From positions 194,363-258,362 of the IMG/VR virus record IMGVR_UViG_3300044701_002789: a DNA stretch of 64,000 bases; one strand, 5' to 3'. Positions 17,483-27,991 of the stretch are shown here, piece after piece (the first letter of the stretch is position 1; the number at the start of each line of letters is the position of its first letter). The translations under genes were made by a program, and so were the position numbers. The notes beneath the pieces were generated by a model. The model searched no databases. It was not told where the DNA came from and was given only the letters and a program-made list of their open reading frames with translations.

Positions 17483-18452
17483 TAATAAAGTCCTCAACTA
17501 CTGATTTTGAAATTCTGAGTATATACGCTGCGTTGTCTTGCGTTCCAAATGTAATTAGAAAATCATCATTATATTCGGCCATGCCACAAGAAAATTCAAT
17601 TTTAAAATTTAAAAATGAAAATAACTTTGATACTTTTTGAAGTTTAAAATTCTTATCCCATATAACAAACCGATGACGATAAGTTGCATCTTTTCTACCT
17701 TGTTCTGAATTATAAAGTTCTGTTTCATGGAGAAGAGAAAGATATCCATTTTGATATGGAATAACTTGTGAACCACCTCTTAAATCATTTTTTAATTCTG
17801 TAGTGTAAGGACTTGTTTCAATTATTGTGGAATCTTTTCCTGTAATATCAAATTTCAATAATGCAGTTGGATTAGTCCATTTTAAAAGATGAAAAGGTTT
17901 ATCTTCAATTGGAGTACAATTTTTCATACAATATTCATCATCTGGTGGAGGACCTGGAATTCTATATCTAGAAACTTCTTTAACTTCAGAACCATTGAAC
18001 CTCAATTCAGAAAGTTCCATTCTTCCAGTTCCAATAGTGTCTACATCTCTGCGTACACCTATAGCGTAAATCTTACCGTTCCATTGAATCAAACGAACAT
18101 CTTCCAACCCAACAAATTCCCATTGTGGTTGATAAGTATCAAAATTTGATGTATCTATTTTTGAGTAATGGAGTATATTTAAATCTTCATCTAATTCTGC
18201 AATATGATTTGCAGTTCTGAGGTGCATATCATTCTCTGGGTGTATGTAGGATAATGGTCCCCACATATGTTCAAATTTATTTAATTCCGAATGATATAAT
18301 GTGTAATTTACATTTCTGATATTGACTAATATTCTTCCATCAACTACTAAAACTGATGGATTTGTGAGAGAAGGTCCACAGAGATCTTCGGGATTTATGA
18401 GAAGTGGTTTAATAATGCCACCATTATCTAATGCAAGTTTTACAAAATTCAT
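17475..18452 (-). CDS. five-bladed beta-propeller glycosidase/phosphorylase-like protein (GH130-like)
   Basis: NPSV, GLEDVRL, KNCTP, LRGGSQ and EFSCG motifs. Confidence 0.7.
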   Translation of the reverse strand: MNFVKLALDNGGIIKPLLINPEDLCGPSLTNPSVLVVDGRILVNIRNVNYTLYHSELNKFEHMWGPLSYIHPENDMHLRTANHIAELDEDLNILHYSKIDTSNFDTYQPQWEFVGLEDVRLIQWNGKIYAIGVRRDVDTIGTGRMELSELRFNGSEVKEVSRYRIPGPPPDDEYCMKNCTPIEDKPFHLLKWTNPTALLKFDITGKDSTIIETSPYTTELKNDLRGGSQVIPYQNGYLSLLHETELYNSEQGRKDATYRHRFVIWDKNFKLQKVSKLFSFLNFKIEFSCGMAEYNDDFLITFGTQDNAAYILRISKSVVEDFINE

Positions 18453-18479
18453 AATACTATAACGAGTTCTTGAATGTAT

Positions 18480-18830
18480 TTATTCTGGTTTAATGGGCCA
18501 AATAATTTCTCTAGGAAATTTTGATTGTTGAGGAATATCTAAAAGTAATTGTCTATATTCAGTCCAATTGTCTTTTTCTTCTTGAGTAAAAGAATTCCAA
18601 CGAATAACATTTATTGTATCAATGTAAATTGAAAGATACTTATTTCTTCGGATTCTTTGTTTTTGGCACCATTCCTCATAGGTCATCCATCCATTTTCAT
18701 TCCAAAACCATCCAATTTCTCCGTCGTTTTGTGGAGTAGAAATAAGTTCTTCTGTATCAGTCCAAGATTGGTCGTATAGAATATCTACACATTCTCTTGT
18801 ATTCTTATTAATGACACATATTTTATTCAT
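18480..18830 (-). CDS. tail fibre assembly chaperone-like protein
   Basis: R.RRN..L ... W..YRQ.L.DIPQQ..FP..I.WP.KP; immediately follows a fibre gene. Confidence 0.85.
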   Translation of the reverse strand: MNKICVINKNTRECVDILYDQSWTDTEELISTPQNDGEIGWFWNENGWMTYEEWCQKQRIRRNKYLSIYIDTINVIRWNSFTQEEKDNWTEYRQLLLDIPQQSKFPREIIWPIKPE

Positions 18831-18842
18831 TTATTTTACTCC

Positions 18843-20297
18843 TTATAGTTTTAAATATTCTACTATTAAAATTGTACCCGCAGCTCCGGTTCCACCAACA
18901 ACACCTGTAAGTAAATTTATATTTACTGCACCAGAACCTCCTGCACCGGGTTGTGTTGCGTTTATTCCAGCATTTGAACCTGCAGTAAATCTTACTGGTC
19001 CGTTTGCTCCGCCGCCCCAATATGATGCACCACCGTTCCCCGCAGTAACCGTATTGTTACCCACACCCAAACCGGGCAAACCATCGAGTCCAGTATGAAG
19101 AATGTCACCTCCAGTAGGAATTCCACCATTTCCACCATTAAATGCCGATGTGTTGGCTGCATAAGCACTTCCAGTTCCAAATCCACCTTCTCCACCAGTT
19201 CCGACTAAAACAATGGAATCAATTCCAGTACAGGTAAAAATTGAGTTAGATCCATTTCCACCATTTCCGCCAAGAACAGTACCTGCAGCACCTCCACCTC
19301 CAACAGTATAGGTGGCGGTTGTCCCCAATTGTGCGGCAGTTAACCATTTAATTGATGTTCCTCCTCCTCCTCCGCCTCCAGAGCAACTACCAGATGAACC
19401 ATCGGAGTCGGATCCTCCTCCTCCACCACCTCCACCAGTGACGAATACTTGAGCAATTATTGTTTTTGGATCTCTAGTAAAAGTTCCTGAACCTACTGAA
19501 TTATATCTGGTTATTTTTACTGATGATATTCCTACGCTTCCATCTACTTCCACACTCCCATCCACTTTTACATTTCCAGCAACATGGAGTTTTGAATTTA
19601 ATTGTGGATTCAATGTTCCTATACTAATAGAACCATCTAGAAATAAATTACTTGTACTCGGATTAAAACTGAATGGGGGTGATGTTGTTCTTATACTTGG
19701 CGTCTGATTTCCAGTTCCTGCAACAAACACTGGATAAAATGTCGAATTGGTAGTAGTATCAAATGCTGAAATGACATTAGATGGTCCATTTAATCCTTGA
19801 ATTCCTTGAGATCCTGTAGTTCCTTGAATTGATATTCCCTGAGTTCCTTGAATACCAAAATTACCTTGAATACCTTGAATTCCTTGAGATCCTGTAGTTC
19901 CTTGAATTGATATTCCCTGAGTTCCTTGAATACCAAAATTACCTTGAATACCTTGAATTCCTTGAGATCCTGTAGTTCCTTGAATTGATATTCCCTGAGT
20001 TCCTTGAATACCAAAATTACCTTGAATACCTTGAATTCCTTGAGATCCTGTAGTTCCTTGACGACCTTGAATACCTTGAGTTCCTTGAGATCCTGTAGAT
20101 CCTTGAGTACCTTGAATACCTTGAGTTCCTTGAGATCCTGTAGATCCTTGAGTACCTTGAATACCTTGAGTTCCTTGAGATCCTGTAGTTCCTTGACGAC
20201 CTTGAATACCCTGAGTTCCTTGAGATCCTGTAGATCCTTGAATTCCCTGAGTGCCCCTAAAACTTGAATCTAAAAATGCGGAAAGATTTACTGGCAT
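18843..20297 (-). CDS. collagen-like fibre with C-terminal glycine-rich domain
   Basis: G-X-Q triplets, ISIGT..P...LHV.G module, polyglycine-rich C-terminus. Confidence 0.85.
   Translation of the reverse strand: MPVNLSAFLDSSFRGTQGIQGSTGSQGTQGIQGRQGTTGSQGTQGIQGTQGSTGSQGTQGIQGTQGSTGSQGTQGIQGRQGTTGSQGIQGIQGNFGIQGTQGISIQGTTGSQGIQGIQGNFGIQGTQGISIQGTTGSQGIQGIQGNFGIQGTQGISIQGTTGSQGIQGLNGPSNVISAFDTTTNSTFYPVFVAGTGNQTPSIRTTSPPFSFNPSTSNLFLDGSISIGTLNPQLNSKLHVAGNVKVDGSVEVDGSVGISSVKITRYNSVGSGTFTRDPKTIIAQVFVTGGGGGGGGSDSDGSSGSCSGGGGGGGTSIKWLTAAQLGTTATYTVGGGGAAGTVLGGNGGNGSNSIFTCTGIDSIVLVGTGGEGGFGTGSAYAANTSAFNGGNGGIPTGGDILHTGLDGLPGLGVGNNTVTAGNGGASYWGGGANGPVRFTAGSNAGINATQPGAGGSGAVNINLLTGVVGGTGAAGTILIVEYLKL
19787..20258 (-). 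repeat. collagen-like coding microrepeat
   Basis: 9-bp-periodic CAAGG(A/T)NNN units; three near-exact GIQGIQGNFGIQGTQGISIQGTTGSQ blocks. Confidence 0.9.
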
Positions 20298-20378
20298 ATT
20301 AAAATATTTTTAACTGTTTATTTTTTATATTATATCCCTGAACCACAAGATTTTTATGTATTATATGCGTTAAAATAT

Positions 20379-20738
20379 TTATGTGTATATTTTTATTTCT
20401 TTATAAAGAGAATTATGTGTCTCGTTAATTTCTCTTTTTATTCTTGCTCTTTCATCATTAGTAATATAAACACCTCTCGCAAGTTCTATAAATTTCTCAT
20501 CAAACACTTGAGATTTTTCCATCACTCTTAATTCATCTTCAATTTTCCAGAGTTTACGATTGATTGTAAGTAATTTTGAAACATAAGATGCATCATAAAC
20601 CTTATGTTCTTGTGCAATTTGAATAAGTTCTTGAAGTTCCTTCTTTACATATTCATTAGAAGTGTGTTGTGACTTAATGGAAAGTATAGAAATTTTATCT
20701 AAAAGTTCACCGACTGATACTGGAATTTCAATTCTCAT
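20379..20738 (-). CDS. DUF6165-like protein
   Basis: IPVSVGELLDKISIL.IK, N..LW.IED..R, F.ELAR.VY..ND.R..IK..IN; family usually sits beside glycosyltransferases. Confidence 0.8.
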   Translation of the reverse strand: MRIEIPVSVGELLDKISILSIKSQHTSNEYVKKELQELIQIAQEHKVYDASYVSKLLTINRKLWKIEDELRVMEKSQVFDEKFIELARGVYITNDERARIKREINETHNSLYKEIKIYT

Positions 20739-22284
20739 TTGTAGTATTATAAAGATTTAAAATTGCATCAGTTCTTTCTTTGAGATTTATTGTTTCTTGT
20801 GAAAATCCAGATGCAAATATAATGATATTTGGATTTTGTGTGAGTTTTCCAATGTTTAATAGATGAGTAAATGCCTTACCCATTAAATGACCACCAAGGT
20901 TCATTGCTTCACTTAATGCGTGAAATGCATAATTAGATGCTCTTGAAATATCTTGAAGTTGTATGAGACAAATACTCGTCATAATAAACACATCAACTCT
21001 TGTCGGGTCAAAATAAGGTTTAGACATATTCAAATATTCTTGACCCAATTCAACTGCTTTTTGAATGTTTTGAACTTGATAATAATGTTTAAATATAAAC
21101 CAGAGATAATAAATGTTTTGATACTGTTCATACTCTCTTTCACAAATTGAAAGATAGAATAATTCCTTATCTATTGTATTATGAATATTTTTTGTAATCT
21201 TAATTGTGGTATCTACTGCAACTTCATTTAGATAATCTTTTGTTGGAATAAACATTGGAGTTTCATGAACTGAATTCACCCAGGTATAATTCTTGGTTCG
21301 GTGAAAGCGAATATGTGAAGTTTGACCCAAGGTTGGTTCATTGTCTCCTTCTTTATCATATCGTTCGTGTCTAAATGCAGTGAATTCATTTGAGATTACT
21401 TCAAGACCTTCTGGAAAGAAATCATCTAAATCTTCATTAAAATCCAATGAAAATGCCCAGTCAGTTTTTACATAAGATAATGCTTGATTTCTTGCGATTG
21501 AGAAATCAAACTCTTCTCTGGTTTGTGAGTGTTGATGAACTTCAATTCCCGCTTCTTGCAGTAGTTCTACTGTTTTATCAGTACTTCCGGTATCAACTAC
21601 AACAGTGTGAGTGAATTTCTTTGAGTTCTCAATGAACTTTTGAATATTCTTTTCTTCGTTTTTGCAAATTGCATATAATGTAATTTCCATTTTATCTCCT
21701 TGTTTTTGATGTAACCAAACTTTACTTAATGTACAATCTCCACGATTAAGAAGAACTACAGATTTACCTGTAAAATATTCATTAACTGCTTGAATAACTC
21801 CATTCCAACTAATTACATAATCATCGCCGGTAATAAAACCTCCCGGTTTGACCTTTGGATACCATGCAATAATGTCTGCAAGAACATTTTCATAATCGTG
21901 AGATGCATCAATATGAACAAAATCAAGACTATTATCTTCAAACTGTTTTGCTGCCTCAATACTTGTGGTTTGTAATGGTATTACATAATTACTTACACCA
22001 CATTGTTCAAGATTATATTTAAATGCATCAAATAAAGTAAAATTCTGTGTCTTTAATCTATTTAATGCTTCTTTATGAGCATCTTCATCACTACCTTCCC
22101 AAGTATCTACTGCATAAAACTTGATGTTTTTATTTGAGTTCTTAATCTGTTCTCCCATATAACAAGTTGATTGCCCCATCCAAGAACCCACTTCTACGAA
22201 AGTTGAGTTATCTGGGCAGTATTTGATTGCTAAATCATAAAGATTAGTATAAGAAAAATAACCCTCAATGTCTTTCCAATTCAT
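20728..22284 (-). CDS. class I SAM methyltransferase + GT2-like glycosyltransferase + TPR-like fusion
   Basis: VEVGSWMG, DTW, HIDASH, GDDY; then ICKNEE, VDTGSTD, FS.ARN.AL, HE. Confidence 0.85.
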   Translation of the reverse strand: MNWKDIEGYFSYTNLYDLAIKYCPDNSTFVEVGSWMGQSTCYMGEQIKNSNKNIKFYAVDTWEGSDEDAHKEALNRLKTQNFTLFDAFKYNLEQCGVSNYVIPLQTTSIEAAKQFEDNSLDFVHIDASHDYENVLADIIAWYPKVKPGGFITGDDYVISWNGVIQAVNEYFTGKSVVLLNRGDCTLSKVWLHQKQGDKMEITLYAICKNEEKNIQKFIENSKKFTHTVVVDTGSTDKTVELLQEAGIEVHQHSQTREEFDFSIARNQALSYVKTDWAFSLDFNEDLDDFFPEGLEVISNEFTAFRHERYDKEGDNEPTLGQTSHIRFHRTKNYTWVNSVHETPMFIPTKDYLNEVAVDTTIKITKNIHNTIDKELFYLSICEREYEQYQNIYYLWFIFKHYYQVQNIQKAVELGQEYLNMSKPYFDPTRVDVFIMTSICLIQLQDISRASNYAFHALSEAMNLGGHLMGKAFTHLLNIGKLTQNPNIIIFASGFSQETINLKERTDAILNLYNTTNEN

Positions 22285-22979
22285 AAGTATTTTTTCCAAT
22301 CAATACAAGGTGATAAGAGGTCTGCTTCGCAATGTGTAGAATAACCAGGAATGGAAGATATTAATACTCTTCCATTTTGTGATAGTTCTATAAATTTTGA
22401 ATGGTCTGTTGATGGTTCTACATCTGTTGAATGTTTGATATGAGTATCAAAATCATTCATTAAAGTTGAATATTCAACCGCAAAAGTATTTGTAGTTGAA
22501 GGGGTCGCCATCCAATGAGATGAGTTGGTATGAAGAACCTTGGTTCTAAAATCTCTGTAGAACTCCATGTATTTATCTCTATGGTCATATAGGGTTACAT
22601 AATCTGCATAAAGTTCAAAACCCTCTAAAAGAATTTTATCCCAACCTGGACGATGAATATAGTCATCTTCTAAAAAGTAAATGATTTCTCCTTTACGATG
22701 AACAGTATTTTTAACAAGATTTAGAGTTTCAATAAAACTCTTTGCTTCTCCACCAGAGTTAATAATATGAACTTTTTCTTCTTGGGATAAAAAGGTGTCT
22801 TCAATCTTACCGTAATATTCATCATACACAATAGTGTAATTGGTGGTTTCTGGATTTAAAGTGTTCTTAAAATTTTGAAAAACCTTTTCTTTACTCCACC
22901 ACTTTGGTCTTTGTTTTCCGGGAGTTTCTTGTATTTTAGACTGATAACAGTGTCTTAAATAAACATTAATTTTTTTCAT
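22281..22979 (-). CDS. GT-A fold glycosyltransferase-like protein
   Basis: YFLEDDYIH motif; IPGYSTH. Confidence 0.75.
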   Translation of the reverse strand: MKKINVYLRHCYQSKIQETPGKQRPKWWSKEKVFQNFKNTLNPETTNYTIVYDEYYGKIEDTFLSQEEKVHIINSGGEAKSFIETLNLVKNTVHRKGEIIYFLEDDYIHRPGWDKILLEGFELYADYVTLYDHRDKYMEFYRDFRTKVLHTNSSHWMATPSTTNTFAVEYSTLMNDFDTHIKHSTDVEPSTDHSKFIELSQNGRVLISSIPGYSTHCEADLLSPCIDWKKYL

Positions 22980-23769
22980 TGAGTTTCTCCAAATCATATT
23001 CATTCCACCAGGATTTCCAATCAATAAAGAAATCTTTATCCCAATCTGTTTGCATATGTAATGCTAACGATGGAATTGGATTAAAACAGTAGTATCCTCT
23101 TTCATAATAAATTCGGTCAATACTTTCCATTTCCATTACTGGTGAGACTTCACTGGTTCCCATCTTGTAGAATAAATCCCAGTTCTTTTCTATTATACTC
23201 ACATGGGTCATTAAAGTAAATGCAGGATGAATATTTGTTCTCCAGTATCTGTCTTTGCCGACAACGATGTTACAAGGTACTGCAGTGTTTTGTGGGTCGT
23301 GATATTCTGCAGGTTTGTTAAAAGGAAAGATACTTGCAGGAGCACCTAAATTACAACTGAATTGATTGATTGCGTGTATCATCAGTTCAATTGAATTCTT
23401 TTGATGAAGAAAATCATCTTGAACAAAATAAACCCAATCTCTTCCAAATGATTTTCCATACTCATAACATCTCAAAATAGAAGGCATAATACCATAAGTT
23501 TCAAGATGTGTTAGGTTAATCTTGAATTTTGCAATATTGATTAATTTTTGAAGAATATCTAAGAATTCTTGAGATGAATGGTCATCAAAAATTTGCAGTT
23601 GTATTTCATAATCAGGATATTTTTCTTGAGCAAAATTCAAACTATCAATTAAAGAAAATACACAATGAGATGATACTTCTATCTTTGGTGCATTGCAGTA
23701 TCTTGTTTGACTATCATCCCGATTTCCTTTTGAGTGAGTTTGCAAAACAACTAACAAATGAGTTTTCAT
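22966..23769 (-). CDS. GT-A fold glycosyltransferase-like protein
   Basis: DDHS, YFVQDDFLH, PIPSLALH. Confidence 0.7.
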   Translation of the reverse strand: MKTHLLVVLQTHSKGNRDDSQTRYCNAPKIEVSSHCVFSLIDSLNFAQEKYPDYEIQLQIFDDHSSQEFLDILQKLINIAKFKINLTHLETYGIMPSILRCYEYGKSFGRDWVYFVQDDFLHQKNSIELMIHAINQFSCNLGAPASIFPFNKPAEYHDPQNTAVPCNIVVGKDRYWRTNIHPAFTLMTHVSIIEKNWDLFYKMGTSEVSPVMEMESIDRIYYERGYYCFNPIPSLALHMQTDWDKDFFIDWKSWWNEYDLEKLNEKN

Positions 23770-24548
23770 ATATCAAATTTGGAATATAGTTTCATATTTT
23801 CTTCTCCTATAATTTCTATAGGGTCTTGTGAGATTTTAGAAAGATTTGGACGAATAGTGTGAAGGTCTTTCAGTCCCCATGCCTCATCTTTTTCTTCTCC
23901 ACAAGCATTTTCAATATTGTGAAAAGTATTTGTGTGAGATGTAACTTCTAAAAACTCATAGATTTTATTGAGTTCTTGTTGTGGATTGTTTAGTAGTTGA
24001 TTGTATTCTACCAGATGAACCCACTCCGGATATTTATTCAGTCCATAAATCATACTCTCATAAGAAGGAGAAACATAATATCTCCAAATGTATTCTGCAC
24101 GATTGTTATTTGTAATGGAAAGATTATCTTTTTTTAAGTGATTATCAATAAAGTTATCTTGATGTCCTGTTCTTTCTATGAGGGAGATATAGGAAGTAAG
24201 AACTTCTGGAATGGGACGATAAGTTGCGACAATCTTGGGTTTGTTTGATAAGAACATTTGTACTGTATCAAGGTTCTTGCCCCAAAATCTATGTTTGTCT
24301 AATATGATTGATTTTGGAATATGATTATAGAAATTTGCAAGAACTGACTTATAGACATTATAAGAGATTGATTTGCGGTCAAAGGTGAATTGTTGGTCTA
24401 TACGATTAAAAGATTTCTCAATATCAGTCACTACATCTCCTAATGGTGATGTAGGAGATACATAAATTTCTGGATGTTGATTGAGAATTGAACCTAATAA
24501 TGTTGAACCACTTCTTGGAAGTCCTCCAAGAAAATATAAAGTTTTCAT
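23766..24548 (-). CDS. sulfotransferase
   Basis: PAPS-binding loop GLPRSGSTLL, R...EVL.S, V.Y..L...P; start moved to MKTLYF. Confidence 0.88.
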   Translation of the reverse strand: MKTLYFLGGLPRSGSTLLGSILNQHPEIYVSPTSPLGDVVTDIEKSFNRIDQQFTFDRKSISYNVYKSVLANFYNHIPKSIILDKHRFWGKNLDTVQMFLSNKPKIVATYRPIPEVLTSYISLIERTGHQDNFIDNHLKKDNLSITNNNRAEYIWRYYVSPSYESMIYGLNKYPEWVHLVEYNQLLNNPQQELNKIYEFLEVTSHTNTFHNIENACGEEKDEAWGLKDLHTIRPNLSKISQDPIEIIGEENMKLYSKFDI

Positions 24549-24556
24549 AGTTGTTT

Positions 24557-25747
24557 TTATAATGTTGGGTCGTTGTATGTGAGTGCTACCGTATGAGTAG
24601 CTCCACCATTCACTTGTTTCCAATTAGTTCCACCGGCAAATGTAGTGATTGGAGTACTTCTGTTTCCTGTAGTTGCTCCATTTCCAAGTCGTCCACTATC
24701 TCCACTACCCCAAATCCAAAGGGTTCCATCGGTCTTGATTGCTACTATGTGATCACTTCCAGCATTCACCTGTTTCCAGGTGGTTCCTCCAGCAAATGTG
24801 GTGACTGGAGTACTTATATTTCCAGTAGTTACTCCATTTCCAAGTTCTCCAGTACTTCCAAAACCCCAAGTCCATAGAGTTCCATCAGTCTTGATTGCTG
24901 CTGTGTTTGCTCTACTAACACTCACTTGTTTCCAATTGGTTCCGCCAGCAAATGTGGTGACTGGAGTACTTCTGTCTGTGGTTGAGGCATTCCCAAGATT
25001 TCCATATTGATTTCTACCCCAAGTCCATAGAGTTCCATCGGTTTTGATTGCTGCTGTGTGAGGGGCGGCGGTGCCGCTGACAGCACTTACTTGTTTCCAA
25101 TTCTTGCCACCGGCAAATGTGGTGACTGGAGTGCTTCTATTTGTAGTTTGTGCATTTCCAAGTGATCCATTACCATTAAACCCCCAAGTCCAAAGGGTTC
25201 CATCGGTTTTGATTGCTGATATGTAATCACCACCAGCACTCACTTGTTTCCAGTTAGTTCCACCAGCAAATGTGGTGACTGGAGTGCTTCTATCTGTAGT
25301 ATTTGCATTTCCAAGTTGTCCATTAGTTCCATATCCCCAAGTCCAAAGAGTTCCATCAGTTTTGATTGCTGCCGTATTCCTACCACCAACACTCACTTGT
25401 TTCCAATTGGTTCCTCCAGCAAATGTGGTGATTGGAGTACTAAAGGTTCCAGTAGTTGCTCCATTTCCAAGTTGTCCGTATCTCCCATAACCCCAAGTCC
25501 AAAGAGTTCCATCGGTTTTGATTGCTGCTACGATAGAATTTCCGCAACTTACTTGTTTCCAATTAGTTCCACCAGCAAATGTAGTAACTGGAGTGCTTCT
25601 ATTTGTAGTTTGTGCATTTCCAAGTCTTCCATTACTTCCAAAACCCCACACCCATAAGTTTCCATCACGAAATAAATCCGCAGGAATAAAGACATCATCA
25701 AAAGAATAATCAACTCCGTCTTGTCTAAAGTTGTAAAATGTGGGCAT
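24557..25747 (-). CDS. RCC1/BLIP-II repeat beta-propeller, 7 repeats
   Basis: Seven ~51-aa units KQVSxG..HT.AIKTDGTLWTWG....GxLG. Confidence 0.92.
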   Translation of the reverse strand: MPTFYNFRQDGVDYSFDDVFIPADLFRDGNLWVWGFGSNGRLGNAQTTNRSTPVTTFAGGTNWKQVSCGNSIVAAIKTDGTLWTWGYGRYGQLGNGATTGTFSTPITTFAGGTNWKQVSVGGRNTAAIKTDGTLWTWGYGTNGQLGNANTTDRSTPVTTFAGGTNWKQVSAGGDYISAIKTDGTLWTWGFNGNGSLGNAQTTNRSTPVTTFAGGKNWKQVSAVSGTAAPHTAAIKTDGTLWTWGRNQYGNLGNASTTDRSTPVTTFAGGTNWKQVSVSRANTAAIKTDGTLWTWGFGSTGELGNGVTTGNISTPVTTFAGGTTWKQVNAGSDHIVAIKTDGTLWIWGSGDSGRLGNGATTGNRSTPITTFAGGTNWKQVNGGATHTVALTYNDPTL

Positions 25748-25763
25748 TTTGGAAATCCTTAAG

Positions 25764-26117
25764 TTACTCTACAAATATTACTGAAGTATTCATCTTATCA
25801 CCCCAATTTTGAAGATACTTTTTAACATCAGGGTTCATCTTCATATTATTTATTGCAAGTGCCTTTAAGTATTGTCCGTTCTCATTATTTTCCACAGAAA
25901 CCAGTACATCACACTTATCAGGTCTCATTTCTTCAGGAAGTAGATGTTGAGACCATGCACACTGATAATTTCTACAAACCTCTGGTCGTGCCTTATGAAC
26001 TCCACAACCTCCCTCTTCAAGAAACTTACATGACTTTCCGCATCCAAAGTTCCAACCAAATGCATCACCAACCAACCAAGAACAACACGCAGTGCATTCT
26101 CCACATTCACGAAACAT
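25764..26117 (-). CDS. YkgJ-like cysteine-cluster (Zn/Fe-S) protein
   Basis: CGECTACC, CKFL, C.VH..RP.VC..Y.C. Confidence 0.85.
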   Translation of the reverse strand: MFRECGECTACCSWLVGDAFGWNFGCGKSCKFLEEGGCGVHKARPEVCRNYQCAWSQHLLPEEMRPDKCDVLVSVENNENGQYLKALAINNMKMNPDVKKYLQNWGDKMNTSVIFVE

Positions 26118-26760
26118 AATTCACCTCTCTATAAAAGTATGTATAAGGTTCGTGGTCTTCTGGTTGATATAATGACTTGAATTTACCTTCACCACTACCA
26201 ATCCAAAATTCACGGTCTAATCTAAAATCACTTTTCAAAAACTCATCATTTAATCTATTTACATAAGATGCATTTGCCCACCAAAAGTTTCCAACAAAGT
26301 GTTGAGTTCCTGCTTTCTCCCAAGATTGTCTCCCATCACTCCAAGTAGTCGGTCCTAAAATCTTAAGATTACTTCCCACTGCATCATAATTCTCCAAATA
26401 CTTCACACACTCCTTCCATCTATCAATGACGAAATACTCCATCATCAATCTCCAACTCTCTGCATTCATACTTTCTTTTGATACTCCTTTTGTATGAAAG
26501 TAAAGAACTCTATAATCTGGATTTTCTTTACAAAAATCTCTTAAGGAAATTAGAGTATCTGTTTCTTCCTTATGATTTTGATTATAGGTCACAATGGTTT
26601 TTTCTGGAATATTAAAGAGTTCCTTATTTCCATTTACTCCAAAGTGTATATGAAATGCCTCTTGTATTAATCCTGAAGTATATAATCTATGAACCTGTTG
26701 TTGGTAAATAAATGCACCCAAATTACATTGAAAAATATGGTAAAAGATTGCAAGTTTCAT
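26107..26760 (-). CDS. glycan-modification-associated protein (GT-like)
   Basis: LYFHTKG, GNFWWA and REFW motifs; gene context. Confidence 0.6.
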   Translation of the reverse strand: MKLAIFYHIFQCNLGAFIYQQQVHRLYTSGLIQEAFHIHFGVNGNKELFNIPEKTIVTYNQNHKEETDTLISLRDFCKENPDYRVLYFHTKGVSKESMNAESWRLMMEYFVIDRWKECVKYLENYDAVGSNLKILGPTTWSDGRQSWEKAGTQHFVGNFWWANASYVNRLNDEFLKSDFRLDREFWIGSGEGKFKSLYQPEDHEPYTYFYREVNYVS

Positions 26761-27536
26761 ATTTTGTAACTGTCTCCCTCCATTCCTTTAATTGTAGTCA
26801 ATCCAAGATTAGGAATACTAATCACATTTTTTTGATTTAAGAACCGATATAAAGAGTGTTCTACATCAGTACCTGCAGTGTATTGCATCATCTTTTCAAG
26901 ATAAGTAAAAGTTTTTTCAAGAGAACTTACAATCTCATTAAAGAGTATTCGGTCAAAAGACCAAAGACCAGTCACCATCATTCCTTTTGCACCATAAAGA
27001 TATGCATAGACATTCTCAAGTTCTTTTTCATCATAATTTTCTGCCTCTTGAGAAAGGTAATCATATTTTTTAATTACATATCGTTCTTCAAGAAACTTTG
27101 ATTTATAATCATTAATATCAAAGTATTCATTTAATAAGTATCTTCCAGTAAGTTTAAAAACTCTTTGACTATCTGGAAAAAGATTATGAGTTTTTATGTA
27201 ATATAAAGTATTCAATAGTCCTCTGGTTTCTAATAAAGATTTACCATAAGTAATCAGTTCTGGTCTTTTTTCAAGATTGGAATAGATTTGTTGAAGAACT
27301 GGTTCATTTGAAAAATCTAAAAACAAGTCACATTTATTTCTTAAAATATTCTTATATTCTTCCGCAAGTGTTTGATGAGAACATTCAAATAAAATAATAT
27401 AAGAAGTTGGTACTTTTTCTCTTACACATTCAATTGTTTTAAGTGTCTGTTCAAATCGTTGTTCTTCTGTAAATGCACTAAAGTTATTTTCCTGAAAATG
27501 TTTGAGTGCAGAACCAATTAGGAATAAAAATTTCAT
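26757..27536 (-). CDS. hypothetical protein, possibly GT-like
   Basis: R.EQTL.TI, FKLTGRY, D.EH; 4-bp overlaps on both sides. Confidence 0.6.
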   Translation of the reverse strand: MKFLFLIGSALKHFQENNFSAFTEEQRFEQTLKTIECVREKVPTSYIILFECSHQTLAEEYKNILRNKCDLFLDFSNEPVLQQIYSNLEKRPELITYGKSLLETRGLLNTLYYIKTHNLFPDSQRVFKLTGRYLLNEYFDINDYKSKFLEERYVIKKYDYLSQEAENYDEKELENVYAYLYGAKGMMVTGLWSFDRILFNEIVSSLEKTFTYLEKMMQYTAGTDVEHSLYRFLNQKNVISIPNLGLTTIKGMEGDSYKI

Positions 27537-27991
27537 AGGTAATCTGTATTAAAACTAATAATTATTCTTTCTTCTGTTTCTTCTTCAGTATAATGAATTA
27601 AATCACTTGAGAAAATAACCAAAAGACCTGGATAGGGTGCAATAGATTTATTTGGAAATATCAATGGTGTCTTTCCTGAAATATAAAATGCACCACTGAT
27701 GATACTTTCTTCGTGTTTATGTGCCTTGAGTTTATTTCCTGGTTGTGATATATTGAACCAACTGTTGATAATCTTAAGTGATGGAATGTGATATTTATTG
27801 CAATATGTATGAATATATTTTTCTATGATGACTTTTAATCCATTTAACTCTGGATACATTAAAATCGGCATTCCATAATTATAAGTAGAAACTCCATTTG
27901 TTACAAGACCGTGAGTACTGGTTTTGATTTGTAGAAGTTTATTTTTAATAGAATTTAGATTGAGAAAAGAAAGATTATATTCCTCTATCAT
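27533..27991 (-). CDS. 2OG-Fe(II) oxygenase-like protein
   Basis: SW.N, HKH, SGAFY, G.LVIF, H, RIIISFN. Confidence 0.8.
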   Translation of the reverse strand: MIEEYNLSFLNLNSIKNKLLQIKTSTHGLVTNGVSTYNYGMPILMYPELNGLKVIIEKYIHTYCNKYHIPSLKIINSWFNISQPGNKLKAHKHEESIISGAFYISGKTPLIFPNKSIAPYPGLLVIFSSDLIHYTEEETEERIIISFNTDYL

